Shown here piece by piece: positions 17,463 to 27,280 of a stretch of 64,000 nt of DNA. A program made the translations under genes and the position numbers. Under the pieces are notes generated by a model. That model had not been told where the DNA came from. It worked only from the letters and a program-made list of their open reading frames with translations, and did not search any database. The stretch is from Thermoanaerobaculia bacterium (GTDB taxonomy: Bacteria > Acidobacteriota > Thermoanaerobaculia > UBA5066). The first letter of the stretch is position 1; every line of letters begins with the position of its first letter. The DNA is taken from the NCBI GenBank assembly GCA_963719225.1, contig CAVRAY010000001.1:1728001-1792000 (forward strand). The letters run 5' to 3'.

Positions 17463-19885
17463 CGGCTGCCCCCTTCGCCGCGTGGCGGCGTGAACGCCAG
17501 CCGGAAGCTGATCGCCGGATTCAGATAGAAAGCCGGAATCACGTAGCGGAACGCGCCCCGGCTCATGTGGCTGAACTCCGTTGAGCCCGCGAACTCGGCC
17601 GCGCCGCCGCGGATGACGCTCGACACCATTGCCGTATCGCCGCTGCCCTGCGTCACGAGCGTCGCCGTCCAGTCGCGCGCGTTGCCCGCCATGCCGCGCA
17701 CACCGTAGACCGAGACGTCCGTTTCGTACGAATCGACCGGCAGCGGCCGCGGGCGTCCCGGATTGCTCTCGCCCGAGTTGCAGAAGCTCGCGTCGAAGCG
17801 ATCGCCCCACGGGAACGCCCGTCCGCCGACACCGCGCGCGGCTTTCTCCCACTCGAACTCGGTCGGAAGCCGGTAAGCGCGGCCGTCGCGCGCCGAGCGC
17901 CACTCCGCGTACGCGACGGCGGAGTGCCACGTGATGCTCACGCACGGCCGGCGGGGGTGCATCTCCTCGCCGAGGAGGTCGCGCGGCGGCAGGGAGAAGC
18001 GTCCCGCCGCGTCCACGTCGAGGTATGTGCTCCCGCCGACGTCCTTCTTCGGAGAGTGGAGCGCCGCCTTGTCGGGGTCGGTCGCGACGAGGTCGTTCAG
18101 GAAGTCGACGTACTCGCCCATCGTGACGGGGTGCACGCCGATGCAGAAATCCTCGCTCTCGGCCATCTGGCCGGGGAGCCCCCAGCCGGGGAGCGCGGCG
18201 TCGCCGCCGAGGACGTACGGCCCGGCCGGTACGTGGACGAAGCCTTCGCCGATCTCGGCGGGGGAGAGCATCCGCACGCGGCCCGCCCACGCGCGACAGC
18301 GCGAGATGAAGACGGGATAGCGCGTATCGGCGTATCCGCGCGAACGCAGGACGACGAGATAGTCGCCCATCGGCAGCGGGAAAGGCGGAAGAGGCGTCCG
18401 CCCGAGGAGGCGCTCGTTCTCGGGGACGAGGCGAAGGTCTCTCTCCACGAAATCGTAGAGCCAGACCTCGGCGTCCGGAGGGTCCGACTCGAGGGTGAGC
18501 GTCCCGTCACCTTTCAGCTCGGCGGCGTGGCGCCCGTCGTCGAAAGCCGCCACGATCTGCCCGAAGTACCTCACGTTCCTCAGGTCGTGCTTCTCCTCGG
18601 CCTCGAGGAGCTGCTCGAAGAAGTAGTCGGCCATGACGGCGCGAGCCTCGGAGTGGCTCTCGTCGTGCCCGAGGGCGCCTGCGAGCGTCATGACGAGGTT
18701 CGAACCCGTGGTCGCGAGCTCGGCGCGCGCGTCGCGCAGACGGTCTTCGGCCGAATAGAGAGGCGCCTTCTCGCGGACTCTCTGCCAGGGCTGGAAGGAT
18801 CCGCGCAGCGATTCGACCTCGACTTCGAGGGCTGCGATTGCCGCCTTTTTCCGCCGGTAGTCCTCCAGAATCTCGCGGCCGCGAAACGCGAGGAGGCCCG
18901 CGTTCTCCTGGCGCTTGACCTTGTCGGCCTCGGCCTCGAGCCACCCCTGGATCTCGTCCTGGAGCTCGCGCGCGGAGGCGTGGCGCGCGTCCGGCGACTT
19001 CGCAAGGGCCTTGAGGCACGTGCGCTCGAGAGCGACCGGGATCTCGCGGCGCGGCGCGCGTTCGCGCGGCGGTTTCGGGTCGTCGCGCAACACGCCCGCG
19101 AGCGTCGCGATCGGGTTCGCGGCCGCGAAAGGCGAGTGGAGAGTGAGGATCTCGTACATCATGACGCCCAGCGCCCAGACGTCCGAGCGCTCGTCGACCG
19201 GAGAGGACACGGCCTGCTCGGGCGACATGTACGCCGGCGTCCCGACGACCTCGCCCACGCGCGTGTGATCCGTGCCGGAGGCGAGGACTTTCCCCTGCCC
19301 GCGGTCGATGACCTTCGCGAGGCCCCAGTCGAGGACCTGCACTTCCCCGTGCTCGCCGAGCATGACGTTCGAGGGCTTGAGGTCGCGGTGGAGGACGCCG
19401 CGCGAGTGGGCGAAGTCGATCGCCTGCGTGACCTGCAGGAGCACCTGCACGAGGCGCGTGATGGAGTAGCGGGAGACCGTCTCGAGGTCGCCCGCGCGCA
19501 CGCCGGAGAGCACGTCGGCGAGCGTCCGCCCGCGGACGTACCGCATCGTGCAGAAGGGGGCGCGGTCGCCCACCACGAGCGCGTGCAGCGGCACCACGTT
19601 CGGGTGTTCGAGCTGGCCCAGGATGCGCACCTCGTCGAGGAACCGCGCTCGGCGGGAAGGGCTGTCGCCCTTGGCGACTTTGAGCGCGACCTCGCGCCCG
19701 AGCGAAGGGTCGCGCGCGAGGAACACGGCCCCCATGCCGCCTTCGGCGAGGAGCCTCACGATCTCGTAGCGAACGGCGCCCGAGGCGTCCTGCGGCGCGT
19801 CCGCCGGGGGCGTGGGCGCGGCCGAGTCGTCCGAAGTCGGCGCGAACGTTTCCTCTTCGGAGGGATCGCTGTCCTGCCGGCTCAT
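17459..19885 (-). CDS. Ser/Thr kinase fused to helical region, PEGA-like domain and FGE-sulfatase (C-type lectin fold) domain
   Basis: HRDLKPSN, DWG, GTPAYMSPEQ; LESDPPDAEV; YRLPTEFEWEKAARG, FPWGD, MAGNARDW, ISFRLA. Confidence 0.88.
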   Translation of the reverse strand: MSRQDSDPSEEETFAPTSDDSAAPTPPADAPQDASGAVRYEIVRLLAEGGMGAVFLARDPSLGREVALKVAKGDSPSRRARFLDEVRILGQLEHPNVVPLHALVVGDRAPFCTMRYVRGRTLADVLSGVRAGDLETVSRYSITRLVQVLLQVTQAIDFAHSRGVLHRDLKPSNVMLGEHGEVQVLDWGLAKVIDRGQGKVLASGTDHTRVGEVVGTPAYMSPEQAVSSPVDERSDVWALGVMMYEILTLHSPFAAANPIATLAGVLRDDPKPPRERAPRREIPVALERTCLKALAKSPDARHASARELQDEIQGWLEAEADKVKRQENAGLLAFRGREILEDYRRKKAAIAALEVEVESLRGSFQPWQRVREKAPLYSAEDRLRDARAELATTGSNLVMTLAGALGHDESHSEARAVMADYFFEQLLEAEEKHDLRNVRYFGQIVAAFDDGRHAAELKGDGTLTLESDPPDAEVWLYDFVERDLRLVPENERLLGRTPLPPFPLPMGDYLVVLRSRGYADTRYPVFISRCRAWAGRVRMLSPAEIGEGFVHVPAGPYVLGGDAALPGWGLPGQMAESEDFCIGVHPVTMGEYVDFLNDLVATDPDKAALHSPKKDVGGSTYLDVDAAGRFSLPPRDLLGEEMHPRRPCVSITWHSAVAYAEWRSARDGRAYRLPTEFEWEKAARGVGGRAFPWGDRFDASFCNSGESNPGRPRPLPVDSYETDVSVYGVRGMAGNARDWTATLVTQGSGDTAMVSSVIRGGAAEFAGSTEFSHMSRGAFRYVIPAFYLNPAISFRLAFTPPRGEGGSR

Positions 19886-19992
19886 CTCTCCTCCAGCGTC
19901 ACCTGCCGGTCCATTCCCCTCCTCGATCGCCCCGAAGCGTTGCGTTCTCGGGTGGATCGTACCAGCCGGAGCCACTCGTTTATCCTCCGGCG

Positions 19993-22086
19993 GTGCTGTA
20001 CCGGCTCGAAAACGTCAGGAAAAGCTTCGGGACGAAGGACGTCCTCGTGGATGCGACGTGGCAGCACGATCCGGGGCGAATCGTGGGCCTCGTGGGGCGG
20101 AACGGCGCGGGGAAGTCGACCGTCCTGAAGATCGTTCAGGGCCTCGTGGAGCCCGACGGCGGCAAGCTGTATGTGGCGGGTGGAACGACCTTTGCCTCGC
20201 TGGACCAGGCGGTCGAGCCGGAAGGCTACGAGCCTCTCCGCACTTTCGTCGCGCGCGCGCAGGAGCCTCTTCTCGCGTTCGAGCGCGAGATGAGGCGCCT
20301 GGAGGAGGCCATCGCCACGCACGGGGCCGACGGCGACCGCGCCGCGCTCGACGCGCTCCTCGGCGAGCACGACGAGGTGCGCGAGCATTTCCAGCGCGCG
20401 GGCGGCTACGAGGCGGACGCCCGCGTGGACCGGGTGCTCATGGGCGTCGGCCTCGTGCGGGCGATGTGGGACCGGCCCGTGGGAGAGCTCTCGGGCGGCC
20501 AGAAACATCGTGCCCAGATCGCACGGCTTCTGCTGACGGACGCTTCGGTTCTCCTCCTCGACGAGCCCACGAACCACCTCGACGTGGACGGAATCGAGTT
20601 CCTCGAGAGCTGGCTCGTGGAGCGGAAGACGAGCACCGGCCTCTCGGCTCTCGTGGTCTCGCACGACCGCCGCTTTCTGGATGCCGTCGCGGACCGCATC
20701 GTCGAGGTCGCGCACGGCCGTCTCGAGGACTATCCGGGCGACTACGCCACGTACCGCAAGCTCAAGGCCGAGCGCGAGCGTCTCCGCGCGAAGGAGGCCG
20801 AGAAACAGCGGCAGATGATCGAGCGGACCGAGGAGTTCATTCGCCGCAACATCGCCGGACAGAAGACGAAACAGGCCCAGGGGCGACGGAAGATGCTGGC
20901 GCGGATCGAGAGGATCGAGGCGCCGCGGGAGGATGCGAACGAAGTCTCGATCCGCTTCGAGGAGGCGCGCGTCTCCGGAGGGCGCGTGCTCGAGGCGAAG
21001 AAGCTCGTGCCGGGCTACCGCGAGACGGGACCGCTCCTCGAGCCGGTATCGTTCCTCCTGCGCCGCGGGGACCGCCTCGCGCTCTGGGGGCCGAACGGCT
21101 GCGGCAAGACGACGCTCCTCAAGACGCTCGCACGCGTGCTGCCTCCGATCTCCGGCTCGGCAGTGCCGGGCACGGGCGTCCTCATCGGCTACTACGACCA
21201 GGAGATGGGAGATCTTCCGGTCGAGGCGACGGCGCTCGACGCCGTGATGGACCTCGACCCTACGATGAAGGAGAGCGAAGCCCGCGACTTCCTCGCGCTC
21301 TTCGACTTCCGCGGGGACGAGGTCTTCCAGAAGATCGCGACGCTCTCGGGCGGCGAGAAGGGGCGCCTCTCGCTCGCTCGCATCGTCTTCGGCGGGGCGA
21401 ACTTCCTGCTCCTGGACGAGCCCACGAACCACCTCGACCTCGACGCGCGCGAGCAGCTCGAGGACGCCCTGGAAGCGTTCGAGGGCGCGATCGTCTTCGT
21501 GAGCCACGACCGCTGGTTCGTGGACCGCATCGCGACACAGATGCTGGAAATTCGGGACGGGAAGGCCGAGCTCCACGAAGGTAACTACTCGGATCTCGTC
21601 AGGAGGAAGAAGGAGATTCTTGCTCCCTCGCAGGACGATTCGGCGGGGCGCGACGACCTACAGTGGGGCAGGGGAGACGCGGTCTTTTCTTCGAAGGGTA
21701 AGAAAGACAAAGATAAAGATTCTTCGAAGGGTAAGAAGGGTAAGGGCGGCTCGGCGGGAGCCGCCGCAGCGAAGCCCGGCACCGCGCCTCATCCCTCTTC
21801 CCCCTCTAAGAAATCTTCCTCTTCTTCTCCGGACCGGACCGCCGAGAGGCGGCGTCTGAAGAACCAGAGAATCCTCGCCGACCTCGAAGACTCGATCACG
21901 CGCCTCGAGGAGGAGATCCGGTCGCTCGATCTCTCCCTCGCCAACCCCGACGTCTTCCGCGACGGAGACAAGGTCCGGCAGGTGAAATCGGCACGCGAGC
22001 AGGCGCGCCGGACACTCGAGGCGAAGCTGTGGGAATGGGAGGAGACGTCTCGCAAGCTCCAGACGGGCGCGGAAGTGCCGGCGTGA
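19993..22086 (+). CDS. ABC-F family ATPase with C-terminal coiled coil
   Basis: Two ABC cassettes (GRNGAGKS/LSGGQ, GPNGCGKT/LSGGE), two LLDEPTNHLD; no TM. Confidence 0.92.
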   Translation: MLYRLENVRKSFGTKDVLVDATWQHDPGRIVGLVGRNGAGKSTVLKIVQGLVEPDGGKLYVAGGTTFASLDQAVEPEGYEPLRTFVARAQEPLLAFEREMRRLEEAIATHGADGDRAALDALLGEHDEVREHFQRAGGYEADARVDRVLMGVGLVRAMWDRPVGELSGGQKHRAQIARLLLTDASVLLLDEPTNHLDVDGIEFLESWLVERKTSTGLSALVVSHDRRFLDAVADRIVEVAHGRLEDYPGDYATYRKLKAERERLRAKEAEKQRQMIERTEEFIRRNIAGQKTKQAQGRRKMLARIERIEAPREDANEVSIRFEEARVSGGRVLEAKKLVPGYRETGPLLEPVSFLLRRGDRLALWGPNGCGKTTLLKTLARVLPPISGSAVPGTGVLIGYYDQEMGDLPVEATALDAVMDLDPTMKESEARDFLALFDFRGDEVFQKIATLSGGEKGRLSLARIVFGGANFLLLDEPTNHLDLDAREQLEDALEAFEGAIVFVSHDRWFVDRIATQMLEIRDGKAELHEGNYSDLVRRKKEILAPSQDDSAGRDDLQWGRGDAVFSSKGKKDKDKDSSKGKKGKGGSAGAAAAKPGTAPHPSSPSKKSSSSSPDRTAERRRLKNQRILADLEDSITRLEEEIRSLDLSLANPDVFRDGDKVRQVKSAREQARRTLEAKLWEWEETSRKLQTGAEVPA
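21685..21830. repeat. Three dispersed motif copies inside the ABC-F linker (two direct, one inverted)
   Basis: TTCTTCGAAGGGTAAGAA at 21687-21704 and 21720-21737; TCTAAGAAATCTT at 21805-21817 is identical to 54821-54833. Confidence 0.75.
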
Positions 22087-23360
22087 GCGCCGGCTTGCCA
22101 CGCCCGGGCACGGCCTCGATCCTCGCCGTCGGCAGCGAGCTTCTCGGCACGTCGCGCCTCGACACGAACTCGCTTTACCTGACGAGCAGGCTCGAAGCGC
22201 TCGGGATTTCGGTCGTGCGGAAGGTCTGCGTGGGTGACGACTGGGCCGACCTCCTCGCCGAGATTCCGCTCGCCCTGTCGCGGGCTCCTCTCCTGGTCGT
22301 CACGGGGGGCCTCGGACCCACGGACGACGACCGTACGAAGGAAGCCCTCGCGAAAGTGCTGGGCCGTGCCCTGGTGAGGGACGAGTCGATCCTCCTGCGC
22401 CTCAAGGAACGCTTTCGCCGGCGCGGCCTCGAGATGCCCGCGGTGAACGAGAAGCAGGCCGACGTGATCGAGGGCGCCGTCGTGCTGGCGAACCCCCGCG
22501 GGTCGGCCCCGGGCTTCCTCGTGACGGCAGGAGCCTCGACCGTGATCCTCCTTCCCGGGGTCCCGCTCGAGATGAAGGCGATGTGGGCCGAAGCGGTGGA
22601 GCCTCTTCTGGCGCGGGGAGCGGCGGCCGGGCTGCACCGCCGGACGCTCAAGATCGCGGCGATGCCCGAGAGCGTCGTGGAGACGCTCGTCAAGCCCGTC
22701 TACGCCGCCTATCCCGAAGTGCCGTTCACGATCCTGGCCGCTCCCGGCGAGGTGCAGCTGCAGTTCACGGCGCGAGGGACCTTCGAAGAGGCGTCGCGCG
22801 TCCTCGACCGCATCGAGGCCGACTTCCACAAGGCGCTGTCGGGCGAGATCTTCGGCCGCGACGACGACACGCTCGAGGGCGTCGCGGGCGACCTGCTGCG
22901 GGTCAAGGGGCAGACGCTCGCGCTGGCCGAGTCGTGCACCGGAGGCCAGCTCGCGGAACGCATCACGGAGATCCCGGGCTCGTCGGACTATTTCCTCGGG
23001 GCGGCCGTGACGTACGCGAACACCGCGAAGGCCGATCTCGTGGGCGTCTCGGGAGCCACGCTCGAACGCCATGGAGCGGTCTCGGAGGAGACCGCGCGCG
23101 AGATGGCTCTCGGCGCACGGAAGAGATTCGGAGCCACGATCGGCCTCGCTACGACGGGCATCGCCGGGCCGGGCGGCGGCACGCCGGACAAGCCGGTCGG
23201 GACCGTTCATGTCGCGCTCGACGCGATGGACGGAACGCGGCTTCACAAGCGGCTCTTCCTGCCGGCCGAGCGCTCGCTCATTCGACGCTGGACGACCTCG
23301 ACGGCGCTCGGGATGCTCCGCAAGCACCTGCTCGGCCTCACCGAAGGGGGACGCCGGTGA
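22083..23360 (+). CDS. cinA: CinA family protein (MoCF-biosynthesis-like + PncC NMN deamidase)
   Basis: AVGSELL, TGGLGPTDDDRT, LPGVP, AESCTGG, TGIAGPGGG. Confidence 0.93.
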   Translation: MSAGLPRPGTASILAVGSELLGTSRLDTNSLYLTSRLEALGISVVRKVCVGDDWADLLAEIPLALSRAPLLVVTGGLGPTDDDRTKEALAKVLGRALVRDESILLRLKERFRRRGLEMPAVNEKQADVIEGAVVLANPRGSAPGFLVTAGASTVILLPGVPLEMKAMWAEAVEPLLARGAAAGLHRRTLKIAAMPESVVETLVKPVYAAYPEVPFTILAAPGEVQLQFTARGTFEEASRVLDRIEADFHKALSGEIFGRDDDTLEGVAGDLLRVKGQTLALAESCTGGQLAERITEIPGSSDYFLGAAVTYANTAKADLVGVSGATLERHGAVSEETAREMALGARKRFGATIGLATTGIAGPGGGTPDKPVGTVHVALDAMDGTRLHKRLFLPAERSLIRRWTTSTALGMLRKHLLGLTEGGRR

Positions 23361-23956
23361 CGCGCGAGCTCGCGTGCCTCGTCGCGGCGTACCTTCTCGG
23401 ATCGGTCTCCTTCGCGATCCTCCTCGTCCGCATCTTTCGTGGCGTGGACGTCCGGCGCGAAGGCTCGGGCAACGCGGGCGCGACGAACGTGCTCCGCACG
23501 TCGGGCAAACGACTCGCTAGCCTGACGATGCTTCTCGACGTCGCCAAGGGAACGGCCGCGGTGCTTCTGATGCAGGCCGTCACCTACGATCCGCGCTGGC
23601 TCGGGGCCGCGGCGTTCGCGGCCGTGCTCGGGCACGTGTTCCCGGTCTGGTTCGGATTTCACGGCGGCAAGGGCGTCGCGACTGCGATCGGAGGGTTCTC
23701 GGTGCTGTGTCCGCTCGCGGTGCTCGCGGTCGTGGTGGTCTTCGTCACCGTCGTCGCGACGACGCGCTTCGTCTCGCTCGGCTCGGTCACGGCGGCCTGC
23801 CTGCTGCCGCTCGCGATGCGGCTCCTCTTCCACGCGCCCGATCCGGAGGTCGCGGCGGCCTCGGCGGTTACGATCCTCCTCATCGTCTCGCATCGCGCGA
23901 ACATCCGGCGACTTCTCGAAGGGACCGAGCGCCGCCTCGGACGGAGGGATTCGTGA
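23357..23956 (+). CDS. plsY: Glycerol-3-phosphate acyltransferase PlsY
   Basis: YLLGS, GSGNAGATNVLR, GHVFP, GGKGVAT, HRANIRRL. Confidence 0.95.
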   Translation: MTRELACLVAAYLLGSVSFAILLVRIFRGVDVRREGSGNAGATNVLRTSGKRLASLTMLLDVAKGTAAVLLMQAVTYDPRWLGAAAFAAVLGHVFPVWFGFHGGKGVATAIGGFSVLCPLAVLAVVVVFVTVVATTRFVSLGSVTAACLLPLAMRLLFHAPDPEVAAASAVTILLIVSHRANIRRLLEGTERRLGRRDS

Positions 23957-24951
23957 CCCGACTCGCGATCGTCGGAACCGGCGCATGGGGCACGGCGCTC
24001 GCCATCCACGGCGCGAACAAGGGGTTGGACGTCGCGCTTCTCGGCCGCAGGCCGGACGTCGTCGAGCGGCTTTCGGCGACACGCGCGCATCCCGCGCTCC
24101 CGGGGGCCCCGCCGATTCCGCCGCGGGTGACGATCACGTCCGACGCGCGCCAGGCGTTCTCGGACGTCTCCGCCGTCCTCTGGTCGGTCTCCGTGCAGGC
24201 AACGGCGTCCGAGCTCGAGCGCCTCGCGCCGCTCCTGCCGCCCGTGCCCCTCGTCGCGACCTCCAAGGGTCTCGAGATCGGCACGCGCCGGCGGACGACC
24301 GAGATCATGTCGTTCGTGACCGGACGAGCGGACGGTCTCGCCGCGCTCTCGGGTCCGACGTTCGCGGCTGAAGTCGCACGCGGACTTCCGGCGGCGGCGG
24401 TCGTCGCGAGCGCGGATCCGGACGTGGCGGCGGGACTGCAGGAGCTTCTGTCCTCTCCCACGCTGCGGCTGTATCGCTCCGCGGACGTGCTGGGCGTCGA
24501 GATTTCCGGAGCCGCGAAGAACGTCGTGGCGATCGCGGCCGGCCTCGTGGACGGCCTTCGCCTCGGGCACAACACGCGGGCCGCCCTCCTTACCCGGGCG
24601 CTCGCCGAGATCCGGCGGCTCGGCACGCGCATCGGCGGAAGTCCCGAGACGTTCTCGGGCCTCGCGGGAACCGGGGATCTCATTCTGACCGCGACCGGCG
24701 ACCTTTCGCGCAACCGGCGTGTCGGGCTCGCGCTCGCGTCCGGGAAGACACTTTCCGAAGCCGTGGCCGCGCTTTCGGGGGAAGTGGCCGAGGGCGTCGC
24801 GACGTCTCCCGTCCTGCTCGAGCTCTCGAAGGAGGCGGGCGTCGAGATGCCGATCGCTGCGATGGTCGCCTCGATTCTCTCGGGCCAGACGACGCCCACG
24901 GATGCCGTGCGAAATCTCATGACGCGTACGCTCAAGGAGGAGAAGCTCTGA
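23953..24951 (+). CDS. gpsA: NAD(P)H-dependent glycerol-3-phosphate dehydrogenase
   Basis: GTGAWGTALA, SGPTFA, GAAKNVVAIAAG, GLAGTGDLILT, SRNRRVG. Confidence 0.95.
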   Translation: MTRLAIVGTGAWGTALAIHGANKGLDVALLGRRPDVVERLSATRAHPALPGAPPIPPRVTITSDARQAFSDVSAVLWSVSVQATASELERLAPLLPPVPLVATSKGLEIGTRRRTTEIMSFVTGRADGLAALSGPTFAAEVARGLPAAAVVASADPDVAAGLQELLSSPTLRLYRSADVLGVEISGAAKNVVAIAAGLVDGLRLGHNTRAALLTRALAEIRRLGTRIGGSPETFSGLAGTGDLILTATGDLSRNRRVGLALASGKTLSEAVAALSGEVAEGVATSPVLLELSKEAGVEMPIAAMVASILSGQTTPTDAVRNLMTRTLKEEKL

Positions 24952-24983
24952 GCGATCATTCGGCTTCATCCGGAATCCATGCG

Positions 24984-25985
24984 GTGGTGCCCGGCTCCCA
25001 GATCGTGGTCCCTCCGGGACTGGGGCTTTCCTACGTCCGGGTGAAGACACCCGGAGCGGAGCCTCCTCCGGAAGAGGCCCTCGTGGACGTCGCGGTTCTC
25101 GACATGCATCACGGCTACGCGAATCTCGGGCACGCGTCGCTCGTGGAGAGCCTTCTCAATTACGCGCACGACGCGCGTCACCGGCGCCCAGGCGCCCCGG
25201 CGGTCCGGGTCCTCAGCTACGACGTGCGCCGAGGCCTCGCCGTGCCGTCTTCGCCCGCGCGATTTCCGCTCGTCGTGGGTTCGGGCGGCCCCGGCGCGCT
25301 CGACCCGCGAGAGAACGACGGCATCTCGCCGGGATCGCAGGGAATCCACGAAAGGCCGGACTGGGAAGCGCCCCTCTTCCGCTTCTTCGACGGCGTGCTC
25401 GCGAACCCGGGCACGGCGATGCTGGGCATCTGTCATTCCTTCGGCCTTCTCGCGCGGTGGGGAGGAGTCGCCCGTGCGGTCTTGCGGGGGCCCGAGCGGG
25501 GAGGCAAGAGCGCCGGCATCGTCACGAACGTCCTCACGGACGACGCCCGAGCGCATCCCTACTTCGGCGAATACTTCGCCGAGAACGGGGGACCCGAGGT
25601 CAAGGTGCTCGACAGCCGGCTCTTCGACCTGTTGCCGACGGGTTCGGGCGCGGCCCGTCCTCTCGCCTTCGACTCTGACGGCCCGGGGACGGGACGCGGC
25701 GAGGCCGTGACGATGTTCGAGTTCGCGCGCATGGAGCGTGGCAGCGTTCCCCGAATCTGGGGCGTGAACCACCATCCCGAGATCGGCGACGTGGGTCTCC
25801 AGCGGGAGCGCCTCGAAAGGCTCTGGGAGAACGGAGGCGTCACCGAGGCCTGGTACAAGGAGCGCCTCGGGGCGCTCGCCGCGTGGAACGCCTCGGCCGC
25901 CACGGAGCAGGGTCTCCAGCGCACGACACGCTGGACCTTCGAAATGCCCCTGCGCGCACACATCGAGCGCGCGTTGGGGACTTAG
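24984..25985 (+). CDS. Class I glutamine amidotransferase-like protein
   Basis: SGGPG, GICHSFG nucleophile elbow, NHHPE. Confidence 0.7.
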   Translation: MVPGSQIVVPPGLGLSYVRVKTPGAEPPPEEALVDVAVLDMHHGYANLGHASLVESLLNYAHDARHRRPGAPAVRVLSYDVRRGLAVPSSPARFPLVVGSGGPGALDPRENDGISPGSQGIHERPDWEAPLFRFFDGVLANPGTAMLGICHSFGLLARWGGVARAVLRGPERGGKSAGIVTNVLTDDARAHPYFGEYFAENGGPEVKVLDSRLFDLLPTGSGAARPLAFDSDGPGTGRGEAVTMFEFARMERGSVPRIWGVNHHPEIGDVGLQRERLERLWENGGVTEAWYKERLGALAAWNASAATEQGLQRTTRWTFEMPLRAHIERALGT

Positions 25986-26329
25986 CCGGCCTTCCTCGTG
26001 TCTCGATCGGAGGGCAACAGCCCGTGCAGGTCGCAGTGGCCGGCGTGCGGGTGATGAAGAGCGCCCGCGACGTCGTAGTCCATGTGGTCGCCGTGGGGAA
26101 CGCTCTCGTGACCGCAGGAGACGCCGTGCGTCTCCCCGCACTCGACGGGTGCGCAGGCGTGAGGACGCGTCCGATCCACTTCGAGCCGGTGCTCGTCGAG
26201 GTGGCCCTCGTGGGGCGCGTGAAGGTGTCCGTCGTGGAGAAAGTCCGCGTGGTCGCCGTGGCGCACGGCCTTGTGTCCGCAGCTCGGGCCGTGCTCGTGT
26301 TCGTGACTGTGGTGCTCGCGGCAGGGCAC
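25982..26329 (-). CDS. Small His/Cys-rich metal-binding protein (115 aa, two internal repeats)
   Basis: GTG after GGGAGG; repeats HG.SCGH..V.HGDH.D; divergent from the metal ABC operon. Confidence 0.75.
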   Translation of the reverse strand: MPCREHHSHEHEHGPSCGHKAVRHGDHADFLHDGHLHAPHEGHLDEHRLEVDRTRPHACAPVECGETHGVSCGHESVPHGDHMDYDVAGALHHPHAGHCDLHGLLPSDRDTRKAG

Positions 26330-26395
26330 GGCGGCCTCCCGGCACATCGTCGCGCGCCGGGACGCGCGGGTCAACCGTGGGATAATTTTTTTTGG

Positions 26396-27280
26396 ATGCG
26401 GAAACTCTCGTGTGCTCTGCTCACCGCCTGCCTCGTCGCGGCGGCGGCACGGGGAGAGACCGTTCCGGGCCCGAGAGTGGCCGCCGCCACGATCGCCCCC
26501 CTTGCGAGCCTCACGGCGACGGTCGCGGGTCCAGAGTGGGAGGTCCGGACGATCATCGCTCCGGGCGTGTCTCCGCACGTCTTCGAGCCGACGCCCCGTG
26601 ACGTCAAGCGCTTCGCGCCCGCGCGCCTCGTCGTTACCGTCGGCGCTGGCTACGACGACTGGGCGAGAAAGCTCGTGGCCACGTGCGCGTCCGCCGCGGT
26701 CCTCCACGACGCGGGGCGCTCCGTGGGCGTCGTCCCCGGAGACGGCGAAGATCATGACGGGGAGATCGGGCGCGACCCGCATTGGTGGCTGTCGCCGAAA
26801 CGCGCGGCGCGCGCGCTCGCCCCGCTCGCCGAAATCCTCGCGAAGCTCGATCCGGCAGGCACTGCCGGGTATCGCGGCCGCGCCCGCGAGGGCGAAGCGG
26901 CTCTTCTCGCGCTCGATGCCGAGCTGGCGGCTCTCCTCGCGCCGGTGAAAGGACGGCCAATCGTCGCCGCGCACAACTCGTGGGCGTACTTTGCGGCCGA
27001 CTACGGCTTCGAGAACGGCGGCGCCATCGAGACCGTACCGGGCCGCGAGCCCTCTCCGCGCGACATCAAGCGGCTTCTGGATTTCGTTCGCGCACGCCAC
27101 GTGCAGACGGTCTTCGCGGAGCCGCAGTTCTCGCCGGCGGCGGCGCGCATCCTCGCCGCGGACGCCGGGATCCGCGTCGCGCTCGTGGATCCGATCGGAG
27201 GAGTCCCGGGACGCGCGGACTATGCCGCCACGCTGCGTTTCGACGCGCGGGCGTTCCGCGACGGCCTCGGCGCGCCATGA
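26396..27280 (+). CDS. Zn/Mn ABC transporter substrate-binding protein (ZnuA-like)
   Basis: SPHVFEPTP, DPHWWLSP, AHNSWAYFA, FAEPQF. Confidence 0.9.
   Translation: MRKLSCALLTACLVAAAARGETVPGPRVAAATIAPLASLTATVAGPEWEVRTIIAPGVSPHVFEPTPRDVKRFAPARLVVTVGAGYDDWARKLVATCASAAVLHDAGRSVGVVPGDGEDHDGEIGRDPHWWLSPKRAARALAPLAEILAKLDPAGTAGYRGRAREGEAALLALDAELAALLAPVKGRPIVAAHNSWAYFAADYGFENGGAIETVPGREPSPRDIKRLLDFVRARHVQTVFAEPQFSPAAARILAADAGIRVALVDPIGGVPGRADYAATLRFDARAFRDGLGAP

Noticed and set aside
17459-17700. FGE-type C-terminus as a diversity-generating retroelement target
   Set aside because: No reverse transcriptase and no template repeat differing at adenines seen in the window
21687-21737. 18-bp direct repeat as a CRISPR array
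   Set aside because: Only two copies, 15-nt spacer, inside a CDS, no cas genes
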